NCBI RefSeq assembly: GCF_001194135.2
Contig: NC_069004.1
Location: 8,331,942-8,395,941, forward strand
Direction of reading: 5' to 3'
Length of the DNA stretch: 64,000 bases
From: Octopus bimaculoides
Lineage: Eukaryota
Numbering within the stretch: position 1 is the first letter of the stretch; every line of letters starts with the position of its first letter. Both the position numbers and the translations under genes were made by a program. Shown here piece after piece: positions 27,332 through 40,843 of this stretch. The notes under the pieces are model-generated. The model searched no databases. It saw only the letters and a list, made by a program, of their open reading frames with translations, and was not told the DNA's origin.

Positions 27332-28153
27332 GATATTCTTTCGTTACTATCAGCAAAGTTGTCATTTGAAGCATGTGGTTTTGTTCGATAATTTCATTAA
27401 AAATTTTTATCTCTTTACTCTTCTTTGGAAAAGTAAAGAAGTAGGAGCAGAAATTGAAATCTTCGAAGTGAGAGCAGGAAGCTGAAAGAGAGGAGAATAA
27501 GAAAATGTATGGGCGTGAATGTATATGTATGTGTGTGTGTGTGTGAGAGAGAGAGAGAGCGAGTGTCAGTGAGGGTGTGTGTTGTCATGTAAGTATTTTA
27601 TTCCATGTATGTGTAAGGGGTACTCACTCACTCTCTCTCTCATCTTTCATATACACGTACATGCATAAATGCATATGCTTGCAGATAAGAACGAACCCTA
27701 GCCACTTAGACATGTGCAAAAAAAAAAAACGAGAACACACCTTCACACACACTCTCTCTCTCTCACGTGTGCACACATACATACAAAAAGGATGTATGTA
27801 TGTGCATATGAAAGATATGTGTGTGAGGGAAAGAGAGAGCGAGTGAGTACGCCTTATATATACATGCAAAAGAATGCATCCATAACAACACCTTCACTCA
27901 CTCAATCTCTCTCTCTCTCACACGTCCATTTCATATACATGTACATACATTTTCACTTACTCTCTTTCACTTCCTGCTCTCACTTCAGAGCTTTCAATTT
28001 CTGCTCTTACTTCAAAGCAAATTGTCGCCTTCTAAGGAAGAAAAAAGAAAAAAAAAAAAAAATTACGGAAATTAACGAACAATACCATAACGATACCACG
28101 TGCTTCAAATGACAACTTTGCTGACAGTAATAAAAGAATAACGAAACTATACC
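27332..28153. mobile_element. Microsatellite-rich foldback element
   Basis: attctttcgttactatcagcaaagttgtcatttgaagcatgtgg versus its reverse complement at 28096-28140; internal (ga)n/(tc)n inverted. Confidence 0.75.
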
Positions 28154-30117
28154 GAATTGACTACTATAAATATATTGATTATTCTGTGTATGCATTGTCA
28201 ATTTTCTTTGTAATATATATATATAATTCCATCTATCGTTTTTATCCGCACACTTCGTTAAATTCCGTAAAAAATTTATTTATTTACTTTTTGCAGGCCG
28301 AGTTCATTTCCATGTATTTGTAGTCAGTCACATACGCACGTGTTATTGTATGTATGTTTGTATACATTTATGCATGTGTGTGTGTGAGAGAGAGAGAGTG
28401 AAAGGATGTGTTGTCATGCATACATACATCTTTTTTCTATGCATGGAAGTGCGAGACAGAGAGAGTGATGGCTAAGTGGCACTCACACATACAAACAAAA
28501 AGATGTATGCACGGCGATCTTACGCCGTATGCATGTTTATGTATGTACATATACATGACAACACAATCCTTCGCTCACNNNNNNNNNNNNNNNNNNNNNN
28601 NNNNNNNNNNNNNNNNNNNNNNNNNNNNNNNNNNNNNNNNNNNNNNNNNNNNNNNNNNNNNNNNNNNNNNNNNNNNNNNNNNNNNNNNNNNNNNNNNNNN
28701 NNNNNNNNNNNNNNNNNNNNNNNNNNNNNNNNNNNNNNNNNNNNNNNNNNNNNNNNNNNNNNNNNNNNNNNNNNNNNNNNNNNNNNNNNNNNNNNNNNNN
28801 NNNNNNNNNNNNNNNNNNNNNNNNNNNNNNNNNNNNNNNNNNNNNNNNNNNNNNNNNNNNNNNNNNNNNNNNNNNNNNNNNNNNNNNNAATCTTGCATAT
28901 GAAAGGGAACCAAATATAATGTGTATGAAACACAGGAAAAAATCGCATGACTTACTATATACACTGAGGTCTATGTGAAGCAGAGTGGAAGTTGATGTTT
29001 ATCAAATGAGTTGCGAGTTGTTGGGGATGACACAGAAAATGTGTCATGTTGAACAAAGGCAACGTTACCACTATGCCATCAAATACGCAACTGCCATGCT
29101 ATTTAAAATAAGGGTACACAATACAGCTGGGTGGAAATTGCTACTTGTATTATTACACCTCCAGCTCTGAATGGCTGGAGTCTGCCAAAGCACAACTGAA
29201 CTAAGCCACAGCAACAAAATAGATCTTTTCCCGTCTTACTACAGAAATTCCGTTCCAATTAATTTCGACTCATGTTTTGTAAGTTAATTATCTAAAGAAT
29301 ATTTTCAACAATAGAGATCATCATATCCTCTGTGGTATCCATGTAATAATCGACTCCATAAATTTTACCTTAAAAATATGGTCTAAAAAATTCAACTTTT
29401 ACATGAGTATATACAATAATCAAGTTCAATAAAATGGAAAACGAAAGTAAATAATTTGATCCTGTTACAACACAAGTCATTTTAATAACAACTAATCAAC
29501 CAATAAACAACACAATATATTTACATAAATTTTAATAAAAGTTTCGAAAATAGCTGGAATACTTTTCATCTTATTCTTTTCTCAAATGGTGCAAACCTGA
29601 GGCTGAATGTGTTAGCTCTATTTAAGCTGGATTGGAGTAAGCACAGTTTTAGAGAATGTCCAAAACAGAGAATGTATCAGATTACAAATTTAAGGATAAC
29701 CAAAATAAGTAATGTTAAACATAACTGAATTCAGTAAAATATAAAGTGAAAAACAATTTGATTCTATTTAACACAAGTCATTTTAATAACAGCTAATCAA
29801 TCAATAAACAATACAATATATTTAATAAATTAATAATTAATACTACCATAACAAAAAGGAAAACTTCATTCAAAGTTCTCAATGAGTCAGGAAAAACATT
29901 TCACTTCTGTTTTCCATTTTTGGTGGATGGTTTTAATGACTGCCAACCTGACATATCGTTATCTATTTCATTGTACTGTTTTAATGACAGACATATTATG
30001 AGTGCAGTTGTGCTTGGCTACATCACTATTTTGACAAATTTCTACTGCAAATATCACAGAATAGGGTATCTATCCTGTTTGAGAGAATGATCTATCACAG
30101 ACATCAGTGAGATATGG

Positions 30118-30279
30118 CTACTGTCCAGTATGAGTGTATCTGTGTTTACTTAACCGAACTTTTAGCGAGAATGATTTACCACAGGTATTACAATGACATG
30201 GCTTCTCACCTGTATGAATAAGTTTGTGTCTAATTAAGACAGAACTATGAGAGAATGATTTTCCACAGATATCACAGTG
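30118..30279 (-). pseudogene. In-frame untranslated continuation of gene E (two intact fingers, ends HTGQ-TAG)
   Basis: Manual translation: [53 protein letters not shown]. Confidence 0.85.
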
Positions 30280-31251
30280 TTATGGCTTCTCACCTGTATG
30301 AGTAAGAACATGCTTAATTAGGCCAGATCTTTGAGAAAACGATTTACCACAGGTATCACAGCTGTATGGCTTTTCTCCTGTGTGAATACGTTTGTGAACA
30401 GTTAATACTGATCTATAAGAGAATGATTTACCACAGATATCACAGTGATATGGTTTCTCTCCAGTATGAATACGTATGTGAGAATTTAAATGTACTTTTT
30501 GAAAGAAGGATTTTCCACAGATATCACAGCGATATGGCTTCTCTCCTGTATGAATAAACTTGTGTTTAGCTAAATTACCTCTGTCAGAGAATGATTCACC
30601 ACAAATATTACACTGATATGGCTTCTCACCTGTATGGCTACGTACATGGCAAGTTAGGCTATCAGACCGAGAGAATGATTTATTACAGATATCACAGTGA
30701 TATGGTTTTTCACCTGTATGAGTACGTTTATGATCTTCTAAGTGACATTTTAGAGTGAATGATTGACCACAGATATCACATCCATATGGCCTTTCTCCTG
30801 TATGGATGCGTTTGTGAATTATTAAATGATATGTACGAGAGAATGATTTACCACAGATATCACAGCTATGTGCTTTCTCTCCTGTATGTATACGTTTATG
30901 TTCGGATAATGTGCTTTTCGTAGCAAATGACTTACCACAGGTATCACATCCATATGGCTTTTCTCCTGTATGGATGCGTTTATGTTCGGTTAATGTGCTT
31001 TTCGTAGCAAATGATTTACCACAGGTATCACATCTATATGGCTTTTCTCCAGTATGGATATGTTTGTGAGTAACTAGGATATGTAATCGAGAGAATGATT
31101 TATCACAGATATCACAGTGAAATGGTTTCTCTCCTGTGTGAACAATTTTATGATTAATAAGACTACTTTTTAGAGAGAATGTCTTTTGACAGATATCACA
31201 GGGGTATGACGATTTTCTCACCTCTTTTGGTAATTCTTCAGGAAAATCCAT
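30280..31251 (-). CDS. C2H2 zinc-finger protein, gene E (323 aa, 11 fingers, premature TAA)
   Basis: ORF translation; TAA replaces the Tyr of TGEKPY; acceptor at 31601. Confidence 0.85.
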   Translation of the reverse strand: MDFPEELPKEVRKSSYPCDICQKTFSLKSSLINHKIVHTGEKPFHCDICDKSFSRLHILVTHKHIHTGEKPYRCDTCGKSFATKSTLTEHKRIHTGEKPYGCDTCGKSFATKSTLSEHKRIHTGEKAHSCDICGKSFSRTYHLIIHKRIHTGERPYGCDICGQSFTLKCHLEDHKRTHTGEKPYHCDICNKSFSRSDSLTCHVRSHTGEKPYQCNICGESFSDRGNLAKHKFIHTGEKPYRCDICGKSFFQKVHLNSHIRIHTGEKPYHCDICGKSFSYRSVLTVHKRIHTGEKPYSCDTCGKSFSQRSGLIKHVLTHTGEKP

Positions 31252-31739
31252 TCTTTTTTAATATTTCTTTTCACACAACAATTACATTAATATTGATTTC
31301 ACTATTTATTACTGCACTGATGAAAACCCTTCTACTGCAATATTTCCATCAATTGTTATCTCAGTTGGTATCAGAAAACAGTAGCAAATTCATTAAAAAA
31401 TCTGTCCAGATTTATATGGAACATAAAATCATTTCATGCACCTTGTAGGCAACGATTAGCAATGTCTCACTCCGAAGAACTAACTCTCAGTAAATTTATT
31501 GCAATGGAGTTGTAGTTCTTCTGTATAAAATCTTCCTTTTTGTCAGTAAATGTCAATATATATTGATGCTATAGCTTTAATGCCAATGTCATCTGATATT
31601 CTGAAATGACAGAGAAATAGTGTAAGATATTGAAGATGATTAAAAAGTAAAGATATGGAAGTGAAATTTTACTACAATTCTACAGTTACCTCAACAACTG
31701 AACTTTACTTTTGAATTTGTTTATACATTTACTTAATGT

Positions 31740-32220
31740 ATAAACCAGCAGTGTCGATGAAGAGGCAGGAGAGAAAGAACGACTGTATGCCCCTCAGCGA
31801 GGTGAATAATTCCATGCAGCACGTAAAAGTTTGATTTCTCTAGCTAAAGAGTAGCTGCTTGCAACGAATTAAGATCCAACGATAGAGATGCTACTGGAGA
31901 CAAAAAAGGAGAAACAGCAGTTGGACTGCCTCCAGTGTAATCTAATATGTTGACAAAGAAGAAACCAACTGATCCACTGAACCGACCTCAGAGATGGCTT
32001 GTACATTTGACTGCAAATGACCCACCCACCGTAAGCTCACGCATTCTGCAAAGGAGTTGGGTTGGTGTCCTATCGCCCAAGTGTTCTTTGTTAACTAGAG
32101 TTCGAAATGTTTTCTCCCCTGATAGAAATGTCCGATGAAGGACTTCATGTTTCATTGATAAATATGAAGCACCTTCAGGTGTGTCTGTGATTAGATCTTT
32201 CAAATGAACCACCAAGGACG
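31740..32220 (-). mobile_element. Gypsy-like gag relic in gene E intron (same insertion as D)
   Basis: Colinear with 26790-27290 at the same intron position. Confidence 0.6.
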
Positions 32221-32338
32221 AGGAATGGCACTCAACAAAATGTGTAGCTGTTGCAGCTTCAACTTAATATTGTCCACAGCTAAGTATGCCTCCATTTGCT
32301 CAAACCAAATGGCTAATCAATATAGTATGTGCGAACTA

Positions 32339-32846
32339 GGTATTCTTTCGTTTCTGTCAGCAAACTTGTCATTTGAAGCATGTGGTATTGTTCGATAATT
32401 TTCCTAAGAAATTTTTATTTCCTTACTCTTCTTTAGAAGGCAGCAATTTGCTTTGAAGTAAGAGCAGAAATTGAAAGCTCTGAGGTGAGAGCAGGAAGTG
32501 AAAGAGAGTAAGTGAAAATGTATGTACATGTATATGAAATGGACATGTGTGAGAGAGAGAGAGAGTGAGTGAAGGTGTTATGTCTGTATTTTTTTGCATG
32601 TATGTGTAAAGCGCACTCACTTGCTCTCTCCCTCACACACATATCTTTCATATACACATACATACATCCTTTTTGTATGTATGTATGCACACGTGAGAGA
32701 GTGAGAGAGAGAGAGAGAGTGTGTGTGTGTGTAAAGGTGTGTTCTCATGTTTTTTGTTTTTCTTTTTGCATGTATGTCTAAGAGGCTACGGTTCGTTCTT
32801 ACCTGCAAGCATATGTATTTCTGCATGTACGTGTATATGAAAGATT

Positions 32847-32920
<74 letters not shown>

Positions 32921-33189
32921 GGTGAGAGGGTGAGTGAGTGTCTCTTATACATACATGGAATAAAATACATGACAACACACATACATATACATATAAACTC
33001 ACGTCCAAACATTTCACATTCTCCTCTCTTTCAACTTCCTGCTCTCACTTCAAAGCAAATAGTCGCCTTCCAAGGAGGAGTAAAGAAATAAAAAAAAATT
33101 ACGGAAATTAACGAACAATACCATAACGATACCACGTGCTTCAAATGACAACTATGTTGACAGTAACAAAAGAATAACGAAACTATACC
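32339..33189. mobile_element. Microsatellite-rich foldback element (paralogous to the D copy)
   Basis: ggtattctttcg terminus; inverted arms as in D. Confidence 0.75.
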
Positions 33190-34443
33190 GAATTGACGGA
33201 TCTATTTCAAAACGGGGGCACCAGTATTTTCTTAACGAAACANNNNNNNNNNNNNNNNNNNNNNNNNNNNNNNNNNNNNNNNNNNNNNNNNNNNNNNNNN
33301 NNNNNNNNNNNNNNNNNNNNNNNNNNNNNNNNNNNNNNNNNNTACCTTAAAAATATGGTCTAAAAAATTCAACTTTTACATGAGTATATACAGTAATCAA
33401 GTTCAATAAAATGGAAAACGAAAGTAAATGATTTGATCCTGTTTTTAATAACAACTAATCAATAATCAATCAATAAACAATACAATATATTTTACATTAA
33501 TTTTAATAAAAGCATATCTCAACTTCAGTTTAGAAAATAGCTGGAATACTTTTCATCTTATTCTTTTCTCAACTGGTGCTAACCTGAGGCTGAATGCATT
33601 AGCTCTGTTTAAGTTGGATTGGAGGAAGCACAGTTTTAGAGAATGTCCAAAACAGAGAATGAATCAGATTGCAAATTTAAGGATAACCAAAATAAGTAAT
33701 GTTAAACATAACTGAATTCAGTAAAATGTAAAGTGAACAACAATTTGATCCTATTAAACACAAGTCATTTTAATAACAGCTAATCAATCAATAAACAATA
33801 CAATATATTTAATAAATTAATAATTAATGCTACCATAAGAAAAAGGAAAGCTTCATTCAAAGTCCTCAATGAGTCAGGAAAAACATTTCAGNNNNNNNNN
33901 NNNNNNNNNNNNNNNNNNNNNNNNNNNNNNNNNNNNNNNNNNNNNNNNNNNNNNNNNNNNNNNNNNNNNNNNNNNNNNNNNNNNNNNNNNNNNNNNNNNN
34001 NNNNNNNNNGCAAATTTAAGGATAACCAAAATAAGTAATGTTAAACATAACTGAATTCAGTAAAATGTAAAGTGAACAACAATTTGATCCTATTAAACAC
34101 AAGTCATTTTAATAACAGCTAATCAATCAATAAACAATACAATATATTTAATAAATTAATAATTAATGCTACCATAAGAAAAAGGAAAGCTTCATTCAAA
34201 GTCCTCAATGAGTCAGGAAAAACATTTCAGTTCTATTTTCCATTTTTGGTGGATGGTTTTAATGACTGCCAACCTGACATATCGTTATCTATTTCATTGT
34301 ACTGTTTTAATGACTGACATATCATGAATGCAGTTGTGCTTGGCTACATCACTATTTTGACAAATTTCTACTGCAAATATCACAGAATAGGGTATCTATC
34401 CTGTTTGAGAGAATGATCTATCACAGACATCAGTGAGATATGG

Positions 34444-34605
34444 CTACTGTCCAGTATGAGTGTATCTGTGTTTACTTAACCGAACTTTTAACGAGAATGA
34501 TTTACCACAGGTATTACAATGACATGGCTTCTCACCTGTATGGATAAGTTTGTGTATAATTAAGACAGAACTATGAGAGAATGATTTTCCACAGATATCA
34601 CAGTA
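34444..34605 (-). pseudogene. In-frame untranslated continuation of gene F (two intact fingers)
   Basis: Manual translation: [53 protein letters not shown]. Confidence 0.85.
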
Positions 34606-35739
34606 TTATGGCTTCACACCTGTATGAATAGGTACATGCTTTATTAGGCCAGATCTTCGAGAAAACGATTTACCACAGGTATCACAGCTGTATGGCTTTT
34701 CTCCTGTGTGAATACGTTTGTGAACAGTTAATCCTGATCTATAAGAGAATGATTTACCACAGATATCACAGTGAAATGGCTTCTCTCCAGTGTGCATACG
34801 TATGTGAGAATATAAATGTACTTTTTGAAAGAATGATTTTCCACAGATATCACAGCGATATGACTTCTCTCCTGTATGAATTAACTTGTGTGTAACTAAA
34901 TTACATCTTTCAGAGAATGACTCACCACAAATATTACACTCATATGGCTTCTCACCTGTATGAATACGTATGTGGCGAGTTAGGTTAGGAGACCGAGAGA
35001 ATGATTTATTACAGATATCACAGTGATATGGTTTTTCACCTGTATGAGTACGTTTATGGTCTTCTAAGTGACTTTTTAGAGTGAATGATTGACCACAGAT
35101 ATCACATCCATATGGCCTTTCTCCTGTATGGATGCGTTTGTGAATTATTAAATGATGTGTACGAGAGAATGATTTACCACAGATATCACAGTTAATCTCT
35201 CCTGTATGTATACGTCTATGTCGTGTTAACCTGCATTTTGCAGAGAATGATTTATCACAGATATCACACTGATATGGTTTTTCACCAGTATGAGTACGTG
35301 TATGATCTTCTAAGAGACTTTTGAGAGTGAATGATTTACCACAGGTATCACATCCATATGGCTTTACTCCAGTATGGATATATTTGTGAGTAATTAAGGA
35401 TTGTAATCGAGAGAATGATTTACCACAGATATCACAGCAATGTGCTTTCTCTCCTGTATGTATACGTTTATGTTCTGTTAATGTGCTTTTCGTAGCAAAT
35501 GATTTACCACAGGTATCACATCCATATGGATTTTTTCCAGTATGGATATATTTGTGAGTCATTAAGGTTTGTAATCGAGAGAATGATTTACCACAGATAT
35601 CACAGTGAAATGGTTTCTCTCCTGTGTGAACAATTTTATGATTATTGAGGCTACTTTTTAGAGAGAATGTCTTTTGACAGATATCACAGGGGTATGACGA
35701 TTTTCTCACCTCTTTTGGTAATTCTTCAGGAAAATCCAT
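34606..35739 (-). CDS. C2H2 zinc-finger protein, gene F (377 aa, 13 fingers, same premature TAA as E)
   Basis: ORF translation; acceptor 36088, donor 37336. Confidence 0.9.
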   Translation of the reverse strand: MDFPEELPKEVRKSSYPCDICQKTFSLKSSLNNHKIVHTGEKPFHCDICGKSFSRLQTLMTHKYIHTGKNPYGCDTCGKSFATKSTLTEHKRIHTGEKAHCCDICGKSFSRLQSLITHKYIHTGVKPYGCDTCGKSFTLKSLLEDHTRTHTGEKPYQCDICDKSFSAKCRLTRHRRIHTGEINCDICGKSFSRTHHLIIHKRIHTGERPYGCDICGQSFTLKSHLEDHKRTHTGEKPYHCDICNKSFSRSPNLTRHIRIHTGEKPYECNICGESFSERCNLVTHKLIHTGEKSYRCDICGKSFFQKVHLYSHIRMHTGEKPFHCDICGKSFSYRSGLTVHKRIHTGEKPYSCDTCGKSFSRRSGLIKHVPIHTGVKP

Positions 35740-36612
35740 TCTTCTTTAATATTTCTTTTCACACAACAATTACATTAATATTGATTTCACTATTTATTAC
35801 TGCACTGATGAAAACCCTTCTACTGCAATAGTTCCATCAATTGTTATCTCAGTTGGTATCAGAAAACAGTAGCAAATTCATTAAAAAATCTGTTCAAATT
35901 TAGATGGAATATAAAATCATTTCATGCACCTTGTAGGCAACGATTAGCAATGTCTCACTCCGAAGAACTAACTCTCAGTAAATTTATTGCAATGGAGTTG
36001 TAGTTCTTCTGTATAAAATCTTCCTTTTGTCAGTAAATGTCAATATATATTGATGCTATAGCTTTAATGCCAATGTCATCTGATATTCTGAAATGACAGA
36101 GAAATAGTGTAAGATATTGAAGATGATTAAAAAGTAGAGATACGACAGTGAAATTTTACTACAATTCTACATTTACCTCAACAACTGAACTTTACTTTTG
36201 AATGTGTTAACACATTTACTGAATACAGATATACCTTCAGGTTGTGAAACATTACCAATATTTCAATAGACAATAGTGATTATACATATATGAACAAGTG
36301 ATTTCAGTCATTGTATCTTTAGGCCTTCTCTGATATTCAGTTACATTGAGTATTTTGTGCCAAACTCTTTACTAAATCCACAGGAGTACATTGTTCCTAG
36401 TGTCCATATCCAGGATATTCTCCTCATTTAGTATTGTTTGTGATGTCACTGCTTTATTTCACGTCAACCAGAGTATATATATGTATATATATATCTTGAT
36501 ATATAAATTGTTTTGTGTGTCTGTCTGTTTGTGCGCTTAACACTCAAGTAGTGTTCATGCGATCGTGCTGAAATTTTAAACAATTGTTAGTTTCAAAGTG
36601 TGAATCGCTATT

Positions 36613-36671
36613 GGCATAACTACAGGGTTTTACCCCCCAAAGTCTGGGGGGTAAAACCCTGTAGTTATGCC
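36613..36671. mobile_element. 59-bp mini-MITE (27-bp perfect stem, 9-bp TSD atcgctatt)
   Basis: ggcataactacagggttttacccccca / tggggggtaaaaccctgtagttatgcc; TSD at 36604-36612 and 36672-36680. Confidence 0.9.
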
Positions 36672-36953
36672 ATCGCTATTTCTGTAATTATTTCAACGTG
36701 TTTGTTTCGCCATTAAAAGTAACCAGTTGCTTAGACTTTTTCTATTACTCAAACCAAAAATAAATTTCCCCTCAAATTTCTTTATAATCGTAATCTGTGC
36801 CGTTTGAAAGGTATTTCAATAAAAGATGTCCATTTTCCTAAAAGTTATGAGGAAAAAATCGGATCTTGTATATTCGTTTAATACACATGTGAGAGCAGAA
36901 AGTGAAAGCGAGGAGAATGTGAAGGATGTATGTACGTGTATATGAAAAAAACG

Positions 36954-36985
<32 letters not shown>

Positions 36986-37256
36986 TGAATGAATGAATGA
37001 ATGAATGTGTGTTGCCATGTATTTTTTTTCATGTATAAGTGGCGAGGGTTCGTTCAGCACTTTGTAGTCAGTCACACACACACATATATACCTATTATCT
37101 TTTATATACACGTACATACATAAATACACATGTATAAATCTATTTTGTATGTGTGAGAGAGAGAGAGAGAGAACGACAATGAAATTCGCTCAAGTCAAAA
37201 CGAAAAATGGTTTCTTTTCCTATTGTTACATGTTTTCCCATCAATATAATTACGTT

Positions 37257-37506
37257 ATGATCCAAGTGAAACACAATTCTATTATTTACATTTACATATA
37301 TTATTACACAATCGAAACGAACGTTTATCAACTTACCGTTTTCAAATGCAAACACTTAATCAATATGTTATACGTTTTCATCAATGTAAATATTTGTTAG
37401 AATGAGGTTTACCAATGTCAGGAATTCCGTATTTCTTCAACAATAACCCCGTGACATATTAACTATGAACGAGTGAAGCTGACTTTGTCTCCAGCCGCAC
37501 TTTCGA
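37257..37506 (-). promoter_or_regulatory. Promoter/exon 1/donor module of gene F
   Basis: Donor 37332-37336; motif agccgcactttcga 37493-37506. Confidence 0.72.
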
Positions 37507-38971
37507 TCACAAATATGACACCCACAATGTCATAAGGAGACATTCGGTGTTTCGAATCTTTTTAATCTGACCGACAGATATACGCGTAGCGTCCATTATG
37601 TCACGGAATGGTCACAGTTGGGACGTCTTTGATCATATGTACTCAATCAGATCCATCTCGTGACTAAACAACAAGTGACGAACGGAACGAGACGAGGCAA
37701 CGAGTTGCTAGAAAGAGCAACCAAATCTTCCTGACAAAAAGAAAAATGAAATTTCCGTCTTCAAGAAAAAAAAAAATAATAATGCAAGTTTATATTATTA
37801 TATAATGTTCGCTTAGGAATTCATTACTTCTAGAAAAGAATAAAACAAAATGGTCATGGCTGGAACGCCTTTTCTCACAGATCCATTACAATCAGAGCTA
37901 TCCTGTGGTTAAAACAATATTCTTCACTGAATGATGAAGCAGCTAAAGTTGAAAGAATAAAAGATAGCAAGTATCCATATTCCAAATATTGGGATTCCTT
38001 TATAAAAGAATATAATCTTGCATTTTTTTTCTTGAAGACAGAAATTTCTTTTTAGCTACTTTTTCTAGCAGGTCATGTAACTACATATAGGTTCTGTCGT
38101 TCGTCTATCTCAGTAATAATTTTGTTGTAATTTAGCCTCAAATCAACCCTGATACAGCAAAACTATGTTGCTATAAAAACATCTCTGGTTATAAAGAGGA
38201 GTGGCTGTGTGAGACGCGTGTAAGAGGCATAGTGACAAGACTAGAAACAGACTGAGCTCTTGGTGAAACTTGATTAATCTTAGAGAGAATCATATTAAAA
38301 ATGTGAATAGAAATTCTTTAATTTCTTGAGGTAGATGGCTTAAATACCAGGAGGTGAGGCTGTACACTTCTCAGGTTAAGGCCTCTGACAACAACTATGA
38401 ATTTTAATGGTTGTAAATTGTATTATTCTCAAAACCAGAAGTCTTTCGAACCATATTATATTTGAATAAAATGCATCATAAATTACATTAATTTTAATAA
38501 AAGCATTTCTCAACTTCAGTTTAGAAAATAGCTGGAATACTTTTCATCTTATTCTTTTCTCAACTGGTGCTAATCTGAAGCTGAATGTATTAGCTTTATT
38601 TAAGCACAGTTTTAGTGAATGTTCATAACAGAGAATTAATCAGATTGCAAATTTAAGGATAACTAAAATAAGTTAATGTTAAACATAATCAAATTCAATA
38701 AAATGCAAAGTAAACAACAATTTGACCCTGTTAAAACACAAGTCATTTTAATAACAGCTAATCAATCAATAACCAATGCAGTATATTTAATGAATTAATT
38801 ATTGCTACCATAACAAAAAGGAAAGCTCATTCCAAGTCTTTCATGAGTCAGGAAAAACATTTCACTTCTATTTTCCACTTTTGGTGGATAGTTTTCATGA
38901 CTGCCTGACATATCATCAATTTCATTGTATTGGATGTATTTTATTGTAGAACCAAAACTGCTGCTGTTTGT

Positions 38972-39292
38972 TCATTTATCACCCACTTCACAAAATGTAT
39001 CTTTATACATAGATGAGTCATTTGTTACAAAGAATTTCTCTCCAAATATCACTGTGATATGCTTTTTCTTTAGAATAAACACGTACATTACAATGGTATA
39101 TTCTGTTGTATGAATGCAATTGTGCTTAGTTACATCACTATTTTCACAGAAATATTTACTGCAAATACCACACTGATAGGGCATCTCTCCTGTTTGAGAG
39201 AATGATCTATCACAATGATATGGCTTTTCACCTGTATGAATAGGTACGTGGTTAATCAGGCCAGATCCTTGAGACAACAATTTACCATACTT
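38972..39292 (-). pseudogene. Decayed zinc-finger tail downstream of the gene G stop
   Basis: In-frame after the TAG: [38 protein letters not shown]..., with CxxC deletions. Confidence 0.75.
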
Positions 39293-40843
39293 CTATGGCT
39301 CTCCTGTGTGAATACGTTTGTGAACTGTTAATCCTCTTCCATAAGAGAATGACTTACCACAGATATCACAGTGATATGGTTTCTCTCCAGTATGAATACG
39401 TATGTGAGAATATAAATGTGCTTTTCGCAAAAACGATTTACCACAAGTTTCACAGTGATATGACTTCTCTTCTGTATGAATACGCTTGTGTCTAATTAAG
39501 ACAGTACTAAGAGAGAATGATTTTCCACAGATATCACAGTGATATGGCTTCTCACCTATATGAATATATACATGGCTAATTAGGCCAGATCTTCGAGAAA
39601 ATGATTTACCACAGGTATCACAGTTGTATGGCTTTTCTCCTGTGTGAATACGTTTGTGAACAGTTAATCCTGTTCCATAAGAGAATGATTTACCACAGAT
39701 ATCACAGTGAAATGGCTTCTCTCCAGTGTGCATACGTATGTGAGAATATAAATGTACTTTTTGAAAGAATGATTTACCACAGATATCACAGCGATATGAC
39801 TTCTCTCCTGTATGAATTAACTTGTGTTTAGCTAAATTACCTCTGTCTGAGAAGGATTCACCACAAATATTACACTGATATGGTTTCTCACCCGTGTGAC
39901 TACGTATGTGTCGAGTTAGGCCATCAGTCCAAGAGAATGATTTATCACAGATACCACAATGATATGGTTTTTCACCTGTATGAGTACGCTTGTGACTGTC
40001 TAAGTGACTTCTTAGAGAGAATGATTTACCACAGATATCACATCCATATGGCCTTTCTCCTGTATGGATGCGTTTGTGAGTAATTAAATGATCTGTACGG
40101 GAGAATGATTTACCACAAATATCACACTTATGCGCTTTCTCTCCTGTATGTTTACGCCTATGTCCAGTTAATGTGCGTTTGGCAGAGAATGATTCACCAC
40201 AGATATCACACTGATATGGTTTTTCACCTGTAGGAATATGTTTATGATCTTCCAAAAGACTTCTTACAGTCAATGATTTACCATAGGTTTTAGATGATTT
40301 TTCTCTTTTATGGATGTGTTTGTGAGTAACTAAGGCTTGTATTCGAGAGAATGATTTATCACAGATATCACACTGATATGGTTCTTCACCAGTATGAGTA
40401 CGTTTATGATCTTCTAAGTCACTTTTTTGAGTGAATGACTTATCACAGATATCACAGTTATGCGCTTTCTCTCCTGTATGTATACGACTATGTGCTGTTA
40501 ATGTGCGTTTTGCAGTGAATGATTTACCACAGATGTCACACTGATATGGTTTTTCACCAGTATGAGTATGTTTATGATCTTCTAAGTGACTTTTTAGAGT
40601 GAATGATTTGCTACAGATATCACATCCATATGGCCTTTCTCCTGTATGTATGTGTTTATGATTAATTAAGGTTTGTAATCGAGAGAATGATTTATCACAG
40701 GTATCACATTGAAACGGTTTCTCTCCTCTGTGAACAATTTTATGATTAATAAGACTACTTTTTAGAGAAAATGACTTTTGACAGATATCACAGGGGTATG
40801 ATGCTTTTCTCACCTCCTTTGGTAGTTGTTCAGGAAAATCCAT
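39293..40843 (-). CDS. C2H2 zinc-finger protein, gene G (516 aa, 17 intact plus 1 broken finger)
   Basis: ORF translation; acceptor 41193, donor 43062. Confidence 0.93.
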   Translation of the reverse strand: MDFPEQLPKEVRKASYPCDICQKSFSLKSSLINHKIVHRGEKPFQCDTCDKSFSRLQTLINHKHIHTGERPYGCDICSKSFTLKSHLEDHKHTHTGEKPYQCDICGKSFTAKRTLTAHSRIHTGEKAHNCDICDKSFTQKSDLEDHKRTHTGEEPYQCDICDKSFSRIQALVTHKHIHKREKSSKTYGKSLTVRSLLEDHKHIPTGEKPYQCDICGESFSAKRTLTGHRRKHTGEKAHKCDICGKSFSRTDHLITHKRIHTGERPYGCDICGKSFSLRSHLDSHKRTHTGEKPYHCGICDKSFSWTDGLTRHIRSHTGEKPYQCNICGESFSDRGNLAKHKLIHTGEKSYRCDICGKSFFQKVHLYSHIRMHTGEKPFHCDICGKSFSYGTGLTVHKRIHTGEKPYNCDTCGKSFSRRSGLISHVYIHIGEKPYHCDICGKSFSLSTVLIRHKRIHTEEKSYHCETCGKSFLRKAHLYSHIRIHTGEKPYHCDICGKSFSYGRGLTVHKRIHTGEP

